NCBI GenBank assembly: GCA_963701855.1
Contig: CAVPBK010000006.1
Span: 448,001-512,000 of the forward strand
DNA from: Nitrospirota bacterium
Lineage (GTDB): Bacteria; Nitrospirota; Nitrospiria; Nitrospirales; Nitrospiraceae
DNA: 64,000 nucleotides
Direction: 5' to 3'
Under the pieces are notes generated by a model. The model had not been told where the DNA came from. It was given only the letters and a program-made list of their open reading frames with translations, and searched no databases. The translations under genes and the position numbers were made by a program. This document shows, one piece after another, positions 31,070 through 42,937 of this stretch. Numbering within the stretch: position 1 is the stretch's first letter; each line of letters starts with the position of its first letter.

Positions 31070-32071
31070 ATGGGTCAACTCACAATGGAGGCGAAACCTT
31101 GCATTCAGCTAAGGCTCCTGCTACATTTTCCGGCAGTGATGGTACGCTTTTCCCCTATCTCGACTGCTGCACTACGGATGACAGTGGCTGTCGGCCTCTG
31201 TATCGCGGCAATCTCTGTCATCACCGCCTGCTCCAGCGCACCCAAGAATCAAGATATCTCGAAGAAAGCTTTAAGCGGCACCGACGAACAGATCTTCTTA
31301 GGCGATGGGATCAAAAAGAACTACGACCCCAACGTCATCATGAAGCGAGGAGAGGCATACTTCGAGAAAGAGGAATATACCGAAGCCATCGTCGAATATA
31401 CCCATTTCCTCGATCTCCATCGTACCCATATCCTGGCCTCCTATGCAGTATTTCGCATCGGAGAAAGCCAGATGAAACTGACCAGGGGATTCCAGCGTGA
31501 TCCAAGCCCCATTCAGAAAGCCATCGAAGCCTTTGAACAGGTGCGAAAAGATTTTCCGGGAAGCCGGTATGACGGCCCAGCGCTCCAGAAGATCCAAGAA
31601 TGCCACGATCTCTTGGCGCAGATGCATCTCTTCGTGGGGGAATTCTATTATCGGCGGGGTTCCTATCTGGCCGCCGCACATCGCTTCGATCAAATCATGA
31701 AACTGTACCCAGACAAGTCAGTTGCGCCCGATGCCCTGTACTTTCTGGCACTCAGCTACCACGACATGGGTGCGGACGATTGGGCCAGCGAAAAGCTGAC
31801 GTTGCTGGCAGAAAAATATCCAGGCAGCGCGCATTCCAGCGAAGGAGCAAGCCTCCTAGCGAAGATCGAAAGGGAAAAACCCACAACGATGCTGGCACTA
31901 AAGGCCGAACCCGCGCCCACCCCTGCTTCGCCGGCTTCACCTCCATCGGGAGATCAACCGAGTCTTGCCGCCGGGCTGATTCCCTCTGTCCCAGCTGGAT
32001 CGTTCCACCTCCCTTCCGCCACAGCATTAGGCCAGTCTTTTGTAAGCTGCCGCCTCGGCGCCTGGTGCTGA
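31070..32071 (+). CDS. bamD: Outer-membrane assembly lipoprotein BamD-like
   Basis: Lipobox ITAC, TPR repeats, RDPSPIQKA, FYYRRGSYLAAAHRF; real start likely 31139-31178. Confidence 0.85.
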   Translation: MGQLTMEAKPCIQLRLLLHFPAVMVRFSPISTAALRMTVAVGLCIAAISVITACSSAPKNQDISKKALSGTDEQIFLGDGIKKNYDPNVIMKRGEAYFEKEEYTEAIVEYTHFLDLHRTHILASYAVFRIGESQMKLTRGFQRDPSPIQKAIEAFEQVRKDFPGSRYDGPALQKIQECHDLLAQMHLFVGEFYYRRGSYLAAAHRFDQIMKLYPDKSVAPDALYFLALSYHDMGADDWASEKLTLLAEKYPGSAHSSEGASLLAKIEREKPTTMLALKAEPAPTPASPASPPSGDQPSLAAGLIPSVPAGSFHLPSATALGQSFVSCRLGAWC

Positions 32072-32079
32072 TCCAGCGG

Positions 32080-32206
32080 GCAGGATGCTGAAAAATCCCG
32101 CCAGCTTCGTTCTCAGCTTATCAAAATCCTCAACGTACCCCTGAGGGTACGCCTCCGGTTTCGACTCGCTTGCGGCCTTGCTGGACGGCCTTTTTGAGCA
32201 TCCTGC
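32080..32206 (+). repeat. MITE-like palindromic repeat
   Basis: TIRs GCAGGATGCTGAAAAA / TTTTTGAGCATCCTGC, inner hairpin CGTACCCCTGAGGGTACG; inverted copy at 47605-47732. Confidence 0.85.
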
Positions 32207-32236
32207 AAGATCTGCTGCCTGAGAGCTATTCCGGAC

Positions 32237-33445
32237 TCAACGGAACGACATGGCTTCGAGGAGCAGATCCTTGAAGGAGGATTTAACCACACTCTTCGCG
32301 CGGACATAAAACGTTTGGTAGGTCTCACGCCCACGGAGTACATCGTAGTAGAGCATAACAATGTGTTGATAGCGGGGCAGAAGGCGGTGGCAGAGATACG
32401 GATACGAATAGACGAGACTCGCCATTCGGGCCGCCACCCGAAACTCCTCGTAGATCTCCCGCTTGACGGCCTCTTCGTAATCGGCCAGCGACCGTTGCCG
32501 ATCATTGAACTGGTTCAGAATCGATTCTGCAGCCAACTGTCCAGACCTCACCGCGTAATAGATGCCTTCGCCGAATAGGGGATCGACAAGGTGCGCAGCG
32601 TCTCCCGTCAACAAGGCGCGTCCGCTCACCAATTTGATTGACTCCCGATTGTCCTTGGACACGCTGGGCTCACTGAAGAGCGGAAGTGGATGGCCGACCG
32701 GCTGCGGTACCTTCCAGAGAGCCAATCCTTTCTCCCCCTGTACGAATTGATCAAAAATCTTCTTCGGGCTCGCGAGACCTCCGCGAAGATCCCCCACGCC
32801 GATCGAGAGCCGTTCCTGCTTTGGGAAAATCCAGGCATACCCTGCGGGTGTTGCGCCGATATCGATGAGCGCACGGCCGGTGCCGGGATAATGGGGTGCA
32901 GGCCCGATCGGGATTTCACTCTCCAGGGTCGCCATCCGACGGCTCCGGCGGCTCGGAAACAACTGCTGCGCTACCAGGCTGTTCGCCCCATCCGCCCCGA
33001 TCAGAGCCTTGGCCAGATACCGGCCCCGATCCGTCGTCACTTCAATGCCATCGGGAAGCTGCCGGCAGGACGTCACCGGCTCGTCTTCGTGCACCTCGGC
33101 GCCCACTCGCCTTGCTTTCTCTACGAGGAAATGGTCGAACCGGTCTCGCATGACCATGTAGGCGATCGGACTGGAAGAATCAAGGAAGAAGGGATCCGCA
33201 CCGCGGTAGGAAAACTGTATGCCGTAGATCGTATGCTCGACGACCGACTTGTAATCGTCTTCCAAAATACGGTCGATGCGGGCAGACAGCCCTCCACCGC
33301 AGACTTTGTACCGTGGATGTGTAGCCTTATCGAGTCCGAGCACAGACAGGCCGGCTCGACTCAACCGATAAGCAGCGGTGGCACCAGCCGGTCCCATGCC
33401 GACAACCAAGGCATCATAAGCTTTGACATCGGGTAAAGTGGGCAT
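32237..33445 (-). CDS. Geranylgeranyl reductase-family FAD oxidoreductase
   Basis: GMGPAG, RYKVCGGG, GADGANS, GYAWIFPK, GDAAHLVDPLFGEGI. Confidence 0.88.
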   Translation of the reverse strand: MPTLPDVKAYDALVVGMGPAGATAAYRLSRAGLSVLGLDKATHPRYKVCGGGLSARIDRILEDDYKSVVEHTIYGIQFSYRGADPFFLDSSSPIAYMVMRDRFDHFLVEKARRVGAEVHEDEPVTSCRQLPDGIEVTTDRGRYLAKALIGADGANSLVAQQLFPSRRSRRMATLESEIPIGPAPHYPGTGRALIDIGATPAGYAWIFPKQERLSIGVGDLRGGLASPKKIFDQFVQGEKGLALWKVPQPVGHPLPLFSEPSVSKDNRESIKLVSGRALLTGDAAHLVDPLFGEGIYYAVRSGQLAAESILNQFNDRQRSLADYEEAVKREIYEEFRVAARMASLVYSYPYLCHRLLPRYQHIVMLYYDVLRGRETYQTFYVRAKSVVKSSFKDLLLEAMSFR

Positions 33446-33582
33446 GGCATTGTCTTCGCTTGTGAGTTCTGAAGTGCTGAGTGCTGAGACTTGGATTAGG
33501 ATTGCCGGTGCACGGGTTCTGAAAATGGGGGCTCTCTGACTCAGAACTCAGCACTTCTTACTTTGGCAGTCTGACCTTCTGG

Positions 33583-34329
33583 TCACTGCCCGAGGTACCA
33601 GCCAATCCCGTACCGCTCCAGAAAACTAGTGATCATTGTGAGGCTATTGGCGTATATCATGACGCCCACGACGATGAGCATCACTCCGCTCACAGTGGAG
33701 ACGCCCCACAAATACACACGCGCCTGCTTGAAATAGGCAAGGAACCGATCGACCCCCAAGGCCGTGAGAAACAACGGCACCCCCAGTCCCAACGAATAGC
33801 TCGACAGCAACAGCACCCCGTTCAGCATCGACTCGGTCGTGCTGGCATACAATAAGATGGTCCCGAGCACCGGCCCGACGCAGGGTGTCCACCCGGCGGC
33901 AAATGCCACGCCGATCAAGAACGATCCCACATACCCGACCGGCCGATTTCTGAATTGGAAACGATGCTCCATTTTCAGAAAACTGATATTCACAATCCCC
34001 AATAAATAGAGGCCGAAGATGACGATCACGATCCCGCCGATTCGTCGAACGTAATCTTGATAGGTCACCAGAGCCTGGCCGATGAAGCTGGCCGATGCGC
34101 CAAATGAGATAAAGACCGCTGAAAATCCACCGATAAACAACAGGGCATTGACGACAATGGTTTTTTTAAACTTCGACCGCACCGTCGAGTCGGTGAGTTG
34201 TTCGATGGACAGTCCTGTGATGTATGAAATGTAGGAGGGAACCAGCGGGAGCACGCAGGGCGAGACGAACGACAGCAACCCAGCCGAAAAGGCCGCCACC
34301 AAAGAAATATTTGTGATCGATTGCGACAA
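33583..34329 (-). CDS. ccdA: Cytochrome c biogenesis protein CcdA
   Basis: SPCVLPLVP and GWTPCVGP; TTG start at 34329 with AGGAG upstream. Confidence 0.9.
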   Translation of the reverse strand: MSQSITNISLVAAFSAGLLSFVSPCVLPLVPSYISYITGLSIEQLTDSTVRSKFKKTIVVNALLFIGGFSAVFISFGASASFIGQALVTYQDYVRRIGGIVIVIFGLYLLGIVNISFLKMEHRFQFRNRPVGYVGSFLIGVAFAAGWTPCVGPVLGTILLYASTTESMLNGVLLLSSYSLGLGVPLFLTALGVDRFLAYFKQARVYLWGVSTVSGVMLIVVGVMIYANSLTMITSFLERYGIGWYLGQ

Positions 34330-34346
34330 TGCCGGACAGACTCCTA

Positions 34347-34554
34347 GCAGGCTTCGGAAAAACTCTGTTGGTACGATAGAACTTCCCCGATCCGCATGTC
34401 TGGGACAACAGACGAATACCACGCAGGATGCTCAAACTGGTTTGTTTTGTTTATCTGGTTCATTTGGTCTGTCCGGTTTAACCAAACAAACGAGACAAAC
34501 CAAATAAACCAAATAACGGTCTTCTTCTATTGGCGGGCTTTTTCAGCATTCTGC
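34347..34554. repeat. Composite MITE-like insertion flanked by CTAG
   Basis: CTAG at 34344-34347 and 34554-34557; ends GCAGGCTTCGGAAAAA / TTTTTCAGCATTCTGC; internal GCAGGATGCTCAAA at 34423. Confidence 0.7.
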
Positions 34555-35111
34555 TAGGATTTCATCAACATCTGCACAAGCTGATGCGCTTCAGCCGCTC
34601 CCCAGTCACGCGCACCGAAAATTTGATGGCGGACAATCCCTTGCCGATCGACCATGAAGGTCATCGGGAGGCTCCGAGCGCCATAGGTCAATCCCACACG
34701 ATAATCGGCATCGTGGAGGATGGGAAAGGTCAACCGGTTTTCTTTTTGGAACGGCCTGGTCACCGATACCCCTTCCGCATCGGTAGACACGGCGAGAATC
34801 TCAAAGTCCTTCCGCGAAAACGTCTGATAGAGCTGCTCCATTGCCGGCATCTCGACTCGACAGGGACCACACCAGGTAGCCCAAAAATTCACCATCACCA
34901 CTTTGCCGCGCATGTCCGAAAGCGCTACAAGACGTCCCTGCAAGTCCTGGAGCTGGAAGTTCGGCGCCGGCTCACCTAGCTTAACACTATGGCGACCGGC
35001 GACCGGCAAAATATCCGGTGGCGCCGCACCACCTATCCCGACTATGGCGGTCACAAGACAGAGCACCATTCCAGTAACCCCAAGCCTTATTGTCATTTTT
35101 TCACTCTGCAA
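34554..35111 (-). CDS. TlpA/ResA-family thiol-disulfide oxidoreductase
   Basis: NFWATWCGPCRVEMP; next to ccdA. Confidence 0.92.
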   Translation of the reverse strand: MQSEKMTIRLGVTGMVLCLVTAIVGIGGAAPPDILPVAGRHSVKLGEPAPNFQLQDLQGRLVALSDMRGKVVMVNFWATWCGPCRVEMPAMEQLYQTFSRKDFEILAVSTDAEGVSVTRPFQKENRLTFPILHDADYRVGLTYGARSLPMTFMVDRQGIVRHQIFGARDWGAAEAHQLVQMLMKS

Positions 35112-35129
35112 TTCAACTCCTGAAGGTCC

Positions 35130-35279
35130 ACCGCCTTGGGTCCGATAGTAACTCCATCAGCCACCCAAGGCATAATTGACCCACATCGCCCTGAGAAAGA
35201 TACTGAAGGCCAGTAAGGGAAATCCGACCATTATCGCGTTGTAGCTTAACTCATCAATGGAGGCGAGATCCGCAGAGTC
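35130..35279 (-). pseudogene. Fragment of CcsA/ResC heme-handling protein
   Basis: Manual translation DLASIDELSYNAIMVGFPLLAFSIFLRAMWVNYALGG*WS, a decayed version of the segment leading into the WWD motif. Confidence 0.65.
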
Positions 35280-35447
35280 AGGTTATCTTACAAGTGGCTG
35301 AAAATGGGTGTCAAGCAAGCCGGGGCGTCAACATCCCAGACGATCCCCTACTTTCGGCGGAATGGACAACAGAGGACTCATTCGGATACTATCGCGCTGA
35401 TCCAGCCTATTGTCTGATTATTGATCACCTGAACCCAAGAGGGGCTA

Positions 35448-36596
35448 ATGCGACAAAACTACCTGTTCACATCAGAGTCCGTCACGGAAGGACATCCGGA
35501 CAAGATCGCCGACCAGATCTCCGACGGAATCCTCGACGCGATCATTGCGAAAGACAAATATGCCCGAGTGGCCTGCGAAACGATTCTGACCACCGGAATT
35601 GCTTTCGTGGCCGGGGAAATTTCCACCAAGGCTTACGTCGAGATTCCCGATATCATTCGCGAAGTCATCAAGGATGTCGGCTATTGCGACGCCGCGTGGG
35701 GATTCGATTACCATACCTGTTCCGTGCTCACCGCCATTCACCAGCAATCGGGAGATATCTCCATGGGCGTGGATTCCGGCGGCGCCGGCGATCAGGGACT
35801 GATGTTCGGCTACGCCACCAACGAAACGACTGAACTCATGCCGATGCCGATCGTCCTCGCCCATCGGCTCACCAAGCGGCTGGCTGAAGTCAGGAAAAAG
35901 AACATCCTCCCCTGGGTCCGTCCCGATGGAAAATCCCAAGTGACCGTGGAATATCGGAACGGAAAACCGGTGCGGATCGACACCATCGTCGTCTCGACCC
36001 AACACAGTCCCGACGTGACGAACAAGCAGATCGAACGCGACATCATGGAGAAGGTCATCAAGCCCATGATGCCGAAAGGACTCTACGACCCGACGAGCGT
36101 GAAACACCACATCAATCCCACCGGCCGCTTCGTGGTCGGCGGTCCGATGGGGGACACCGGGCTCACGGGCCGCAAGATCATCGTCGACACTTATGGCGGC
36201 CACGGCAGCCATGGAGGCGGCGCATTTTCAGGCAAGGATCCCACGAAGGTGGACCGGTCGGCCTCGTACATGGCCCGCTACATCGCAAAGAACATCGTCG
36301 CCGCCGGCTTGGCCCAGAAGTGCGAAGTCCAGCTCGCCTACGCGATCGGCGTGGCCGATCCCGTCTCGGTACTGGTCGACACGAAAGGTACAGAAAAGGT
36401 GGCGGTCGAGAAGCTGGATAAGCTCGTACGGACACACTTCCCCTTGACCCCGCGTGGGATCATCGACTACCTCAAGCTCCGCCGACCGATCTTCAGAAAG
36501 ACCGCTTCCTATGGGCACTTCGGCAGGAACGAACCGGGGTTCACCTGGGAAAAGACGGACAAGGCCAAAATCTTGCGCAGAGACGCAGGGCTGTAG
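35448..36596 (+). CDS. metK: S-adenosylmethionine synthetase
   Basis: [28 protein letters not shown]. Confidence 0.98.
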   Translation: MRQNYLFTSESVTEGHPDKIADQISDGILDAIIAKDKYARVACETILTTGIAFVAGEISTKAYVEIPDIIREVIKDVGYCDAAWGFDYHTCSVLTAIHQQSGDISMGVDSGGAGDQGLMFGYATNETTELMPMPIVLAHRLTKRLAEVRKKNILPWVRPDGKSQVTVEYRNGKPVRIDTIVVSTQHSPDVTNKQIERDIMEKVIKPMMPKGLYDPTSVKHHINPTGRFVVGGPMGDTGLTGRKIIVDTYGGHGSHGGGAFSGKDPTKVDRSASYMARYIAKNIVAAGLAQKCEVQLAYAIGVADPVSVLVDTKGTEKVAVEKLDKLVRTHFPLTPRGIIDYLKLRRPIFRKTASYGHFGRNEPGFTWEKTDKAKILRRDAGL

Positions 36597-36615
36597 TTTA
36601 GACCAGATCGATCAC

Positions 36616-37945
<1,330 letters not shown>

Positions 37946-37949
37946 CGGC

Positions 37950-38145
37950 GGGCCTGAGGCTCGCTGTCGCTCCCAGGCTCCCGGAATGACCCTTCCGGCC
38001 TCAGGCGAAGCGAACCTTCTGGAATTCCTTCAGCTGCGGTCGCTTCGGCGACCGCAGTCCTTCAGTCAGTTCCAGCTTTCACATCGCCCGAGGCTCGGTG
38101 GGTCCCCATTCCTCCGCCAAGGTCGCGCCAGAGAGCCTCAGGCCC
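37950..38145 (-). other. ~196-nt long imperfect hairpin element (copy 1)
   Basis: 13-bp perfect terminal stem GGGCCTGAGGCTC/GAGCCTCAGGCCC, apical CTGCGGTCGC-TTCG-GCGACCGCAG; homolog at 42721-42867. Confidence 0.75.
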
Positions 38146-38222
38146 TCCTGGGGAGAACGTAAAAATGCGCGCAAGTGGACCACTCCGCACCACTTCTGCC
38201 AGCAATGGAGAAGGGAGTAAGG

Positions 38223-38251
38223 AAAAGGCCACCGGAAACGGTGGCCTTTTT
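38223..38251 (+). terminator. Intrinsic (bidirectional) terminator
   Basis: AAAAGGCCACCG-GAAA-CGGTGGCCTTTTT. Confidence 0.8.
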
Positions 38252-38318
38252 GTTTGCGGTCGAGCCAGCAGTGGCTGACACCGCCCCTCACTGAGGAGGA
38301 TAGAGCGAGACAGATGCT

Positions 38319-38377
38319 CCCTACTGCTCGCAGACCGCGCACGATCAGAATGTGCTCGGTCGATGCGCGCAGTAGGG
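38319..38377 (-). repeat. REP-like hairpin repeat
   Basis: CCCTACTGC...GCAGTAGGG; core TCGA-CGAGCACA-T-T-A-CGTGCGCG-TC-G-GAGCA shared with 51484-51577. Confidence 0.7.
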
Positions 38378-38836
38378 CGCGCCTGCACCCACTCCGCTGT
38401 GACAGAAGTTGAGGGATTAGAAAGGCGACCTTTCTGTTTTCTTGAAGCCTTGTCAGCTAACCTTTCACGCAAAGCCCGCTGATTAAGAGTGATAAACGGC
38501 CATTTTTCACAAAGCTCGCTATTGCAACGGTTTCCCCAATTTAGTTAGCAATATCGAAGTCCTATAGCATTCTATTCAGTCTATACATTCCCGTTCGTTC
38601 CTTTCCTTTCCCGCCTTGTCTGGTCACAAAAGTGGTCACATCTGTTTCACGGCTTCATGACAATGAGCGAAAGCAACAAGGTGATAATAGAAATATCTGC
38701 TTCATCGAAGGTCTTTCATCACCAATCCGGACTCACTCGGACTTCCATCCTGAAACCAGATCCCACCCGTGCACCCCTGCTTCGGCAAGACTATCGTGAG
38801 TCGTGTCTCGTGTGGGTTAGGACCTGAAAGACGTCA

Positions 38837-40492
38837 TCACGTTCGAGCTACGGCATTCGGCAGCTCTACCATCTTTTGGTACAGCAGTCCGCCAACATAC
38901 AGGGAGGCACCAAGCACCAGCAGACAGCCAATGCGGACGAGCGAATCGGCACCGGAAAGATCAAAGAGCCAGACTTTGATTCCAAAGGCCCCGAATACAA
39001 AGAGCGCGGACTGTCCAAGGCTTTTATTGGACAGCCGGATGGCGACCAGAAGAGTGGCCATCGCCAAGAGCGCCCAGATCAGCGAGATGGCGAGTCGACC
39101 ATGGAACAGCTGTCCCGCTCCAGCCATGGTATTGGCGTGCCCCATGTAGAGGAGCCAGGGGGAATAGAGGGCTAAGTCCCGCTGACTTTGGAGAAGCCCA
39201 TACCCCACATACAAGGCGATCGCGTACAGCGGGATCAAGAACTTATACCCCGGGACCTCCTGTACTTCCCACTCCAATAACAAACGACCATCATTGATCA
39301 GAAAGATCATGATGGCTGCGGCAAACACCGGCCACCAGTTGATGGCATGCTCAGAATGCAGACTGGCATAGCCAGCCATAAGCACGATTAGTCCCAGACC
39401 GACCCAGAGTCGTAATCGGTCAGGCAGTAATTCGAGATACCCTGCATGCAGCATCACGACCGCCGCATAGGCAGCAATGATGAGCCGACCCGCTGACGCG
39501 GAGACGGAGTACGCTCGCGCCAGTGCGTAAGCGCTGAGGAGAACTACCAAACTGCTACAGGCAATCCATGGGGCCCAGGTGGGCAGATGCTCTCGCAAGA
39601 TGGTGTATTGCAGGAAATAAAAAATCAGCAGGACTGGGAGGTGGGATTTGACCGAGCGCATCTCGAGCGGAGCCTGATGGACCACCGAGAAGATAGCTGT
39701 GGCCCCGGTGAACAGGAGGAACTGCAGGAGCTGGAAGGTCACTGCGGCGTGCCACTGCGTGGGATTCCCGTCTCTCCACGCGTAGTCAAAGACGATCAGG
39801 GCGAGATAGGCCGCAAGCAGATACACCTGCCGTCGCTCAACCTTAATGGCATACCAACAGTACAGCACGCTCCAGGCGGAGAAGTAGATCGCGAGATCCA
39901 GAGGATTTTGATGAAAGGTTGTTAGCAGGACCGGGGCGGAATAGGACCCAATGACCGCGACGAGCGGATAAAACTCGCCTTCGAATACACGTCCCAAGAC
40001 CAATGCGACTCCACAAATGAGCACAACTCCTATAGTCGCTTGCAGTGGTGTAATTAGGCTGTAGTAAAGATGTCCACCATAATCCGCCAGAAAGAGAATG
40101 ACCAAGCCAGCCCCAGGGAGAAAACTTGCGTACCTCGGATGCTTCGCCTTTACGGTGAAGCCGATGAAAATCAGCACGAGACCAAAGAGAGCGGCCAGCA
40201 CCACCTGACGAACGGGAGTCAGCCACCCGACGGTGATGGCCAGGCGAATCAGATACGATGCCGCCAGGATGAGGGCCGCCATACTGCCCCACCCCAAGAT
40301 GGCGGTGGCGGTTGGTGTGGGCGGTATGGCCGGTGTAGACGATGAGGCAGGACGAGCGGTGTGTCGTGGGGGGGCTGGGATGGAGGGCGGCGCAGCGTAT
40401 GACGGAGGCGCAGCACTCCGGAGCTTCAGGGCCTCTTCAATGGCCTGGAGCCGAACGTCAATCGCATGGAACCGTCCCTCGAATTCGTCCAT
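38837..40492 (-). CDS. DUF2339-like polytopic membrane protein
   Basis: N-terminal coiled coil and Pro-rich linker, GWLTPVRQV, many TM helices, KVWLFDLS...RIGCLLVLG...LYQK C-terminus. Confidence 0.8.
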   Translation of the reverse strand: MDEFEGRFHAIDVRLQAIEEALKLRSAAPPSYAAPPSIPAPPRHTARPASSSTPAIPPTPTATAILGWGSMAALILAASYLIRLAITVGWLTPVRQVVLAALFGLVLIFIGFTVKAKHPRYASFLPGAGLVILFLADYGGHLYYSLITPLQATIGVVLICGVALVLGRVFEGEFYPLVAVIGSYSAPVLLTTFHQNPLDLAIYFSAWSVLYCWYAIKVERRQVYLLAAYLALIVFDYAWRDGNPTQWHAAVTFQLLQFLLFTGATAIFSVVHQAPLEMRSVKSHLPVLLIFYFLQYTILREHLPTWAPWIACSSLVVLLSAYALARAYSVSASAGRLIIAAYAAVVMLHAGYLELLPDRLRLWVGLGLIVLMAGYASLHSEHAINWWPVFAAAIMIFLINDGRLLLEWEVQEVPGYKFLIPLYAIALYVGYGLLQSQRDLALYSPWLLYMGHANTMAGAGQLFHGRLAISLIWALLAMATLLVAIRLSNKSLGQSALFVFGAFGIKVWLFDLSGADSLVRIGCLLVLGASLYVGGLLYQKMVELPNAVART

Positions 40493-41120
40493 TATCGAGA
40501 TCTCAGATGGCGGACGTGATCTTGGCCATCCCGCGTACGCGTGAACCAGAGCAAGTGTGCGATCGATACGCCAAGCCTGAGCATCTACCGAGAAGTATAG
40601 ACGGTACTGTCACATCGTCAAGGATTCCATAACAACACAACGAATGGCGAAGATCGTCCAGGTGGGAGCACCTGATCGGGACTCAAAGCATCAGGCAAGA
40701 GCTTGTGCTAATAATTCCTAACCCCCTGCTCCTACGACTAAACCTATCCTCCAATCAGCTGATTTAAGGACAGCGGAGAGTTGGTCTTGCTAGGCTGAGA
40801 TAACGAAAGTTTGGAGGCTGTAATTCTCGCAGGTATTGTGGACAACCGACCAGCGGTTTAGGAAACCGTGTACGTCAGCCCACTCAGGCTCACTGGAACT
40901 CATTCAGGCCAACTGGGGCCAAGGTTTTCTGGGATACGAACTTTGGCTGGAGTAGGCCTGAGTGAGTTGGAGTGAGGTGGGCTTGAGCACAAAACGAGCA
41001 CAATTGGCTCCTGAACTGTATGCGCTACGCAACCTAATGGTATGGTTTTCGAGGGAAAACGTGGTCTAGTTCCATGCTTTCCAAGGAGGTAAGGGGCTCT
41101 CGCCTAAACTGAGTCGCTCC

Positions 41121-41532
41121 TCATACCATTGCTTGTAACCTTGAGCCCATCCCTAGCTCCCGTTCTATTTCTGGGGGGAAACACGGAACGAGAATGCCAA
41201 GCCAACGAGCCAATGCAGTTTTTCTCAATCTCCATATCCGTACACAATGGCATGTTCGTTCTGAATAAAATGAATTCTTATTAATAGCTTCAGTATGAGG
41301 AGAAATACGGATCAACATTTAGAACCTCATTCCCATAATATATCCTCTTTGTCGTCTCCAATTTCGTGAAACCTAAATGCCAACATGGATCGAGCAACTG
41401 TATCTTGCTCATCCTCAAGAGTTCTCAGCCGTTCACAAAGCTTGATGGCCTCTAAATGGTTTCCTTCTTTTGCTATCTTAAATGAGAGGTACACCTCACT
41501 AACCGTCGCTTTGCCGCATTGAGATATTTCAT
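41121..41532 (-). pseudogene. Frameshifted TPR-like protein remnant
   Basis: MKYLNAAK / VSEVYLSFKIAKEGNHLEAIKLCERL...MLAFRFHEIGD / YGNEVLNVDPYF in shifting frames; AT-rich. Confidence 0.4.
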
Positions 41533-41858
41533 GTGTACTATCAAGCCTGGTTGTTTGGATTCAACGATACATCGACTCCAATCCAAGGCTCCAACCGGCA
41601 AACTCTCGCCTTCTACATTGCTATCCTGAAAATAGGAGAATGGCAAAATATTTCAGGGAAAAGACTAGTTGTCTGGAGGCGTGTCAAAAACGCTGTGAGT
41701 AACTAGCCGGTATCACTTGGATTCAGTTGAGGATTAATGGTAGTGGTCAAAGAGGCCAAAACAACTAATTTTGAACCTACATGAAATCGTGGTTGCTGAA
41801 CATTGTAGAGAGGATGTTGTGGAACGCTACGGGCGCAGGTAACTCAGTGTTCTCGCAG

Positions 41859-42310
41859 TTAATCCACTTGAATTTGATCGAAGGGTCGCAACTCATATGT
41901 TAAATTGTTCTCCTTACCACTGAGACGGAATCGATACCCACCTATTTGATAAACCTGTCCCACACGAAGACTCTCGGCTGCCAACTCTTCTTTCCACCCA
42001 GGAAGTGGAACTCCATAGGTGACTTCTTTGAGTGTCGCCTCTTTGCTCATGGGCTTAATCGACCACACAGTTCGATAAGGCTTTTCCGAACCCTTTGGAG
42101 ACACCTCAAGAACGTCAAACACGCTTACCCATACCCCCGACGTGAGCACCCAGGGGAGGCACTAACGCAAAATGTCGGGTTTCCTTTTGTGTCAAGGCTC
42201 TTGATTGACAGATGCCATTCGTATTCACACCCGCTGAGTGCCCACATGACAACGAGGAGCGGTACACCCCATTGGAAATATTTCCATTTGAATCCCATAG
42301 GAAATGTCAT
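41859..42310 (-). pseudogene. Frameshifted lipoprotein
   Basis: Lipobox LSGC in 42125-42310; frame changes near 42130-42140 and continues in ORF 41859-42149. Confidence 0.6.
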
Positions 42311-42720
42311 ACTTCAACGAGCCTATCGGTCGCTGGAGACTCCGATGTGTACTCCCCCACTTAATTTAACCGGCCTTCTAATTTAGCCATGGAAGCAGCA
42401 AAGATTCCTAACACATTTCTTTTCAAGCCTACCATAAGGCCTGGAACACGCTGGATAGATTTGTCTTATTCCGCTTATGACTTGGGAGGAATGGCTGTGA
42501 AACTTGGCGGCATTCGATTAAGAGAGATGAAAATGGCTAAAAATTCACTTTCATTTGATTGGCCCGATGAAAAAAGGCAACGGCGAAGAAGAAAACAGTG
42601 TCAGGAACAGTTTGCTAATGCAGAGGTAGCTACCGGTCCAGGTGCTCGATCTCGCACATCATCGCGCATGTGCGCAGGGAGACAAGAAAACAGGGACATC
42701 CAAATTTTTCTGCTGCCACG

Positions 42721-42867
42721 GGTTCTGAGGGTTGGCAGGAGGGAAGACCGCCGGAGGCGCGGAGCCCCGCCGAAGCTCGACCTGGAGGTAAGCGGAAACT
42801 GACTGAGTCTGTGAAGGAATTTCAGAAGGTGTTCTGCCTCTCCGATCCTGTGGGGTCGCACCGGGAG
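42721..42867 (+). other. Hairpin element (copy 2, shortened)
   Basis: Shares AAGC-G-AACTGACTGA...TGAAGGAATT-CAGAAGG and CCGGGAG with copy 1. Confidence 0.6.
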
Positions 42868-42937
42868 ATATGAAAGCCAGGCAGGCGGATGTATGGAAAG
42901 ATGGAGAGGCAGTGCAGGTTCAGCATTGCTGGGTGCA

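Noticed and set aside
34330..34422. N-terminal extension of ccdA
   Set aside because: Derived from the inserted repeat
35280..35447. SAM/SAH riboswitch before metK-ahcY
   Set aside because: No recognisable SAM-I, SAM-II or SAH consensus; leader after the likely promoter is short
37950..38145. 6S RNA, SRP RNA, tRNA-Sec or retron msd
   Set aside because: No large central bubble, SRP GGAA motif or cloverleaf; no reverse transcriptase in the window
42389..42802. 137-aa plus-strand ORF
   Set aside because: Runs across a composition boundary into the hairpin element; probably chimeric
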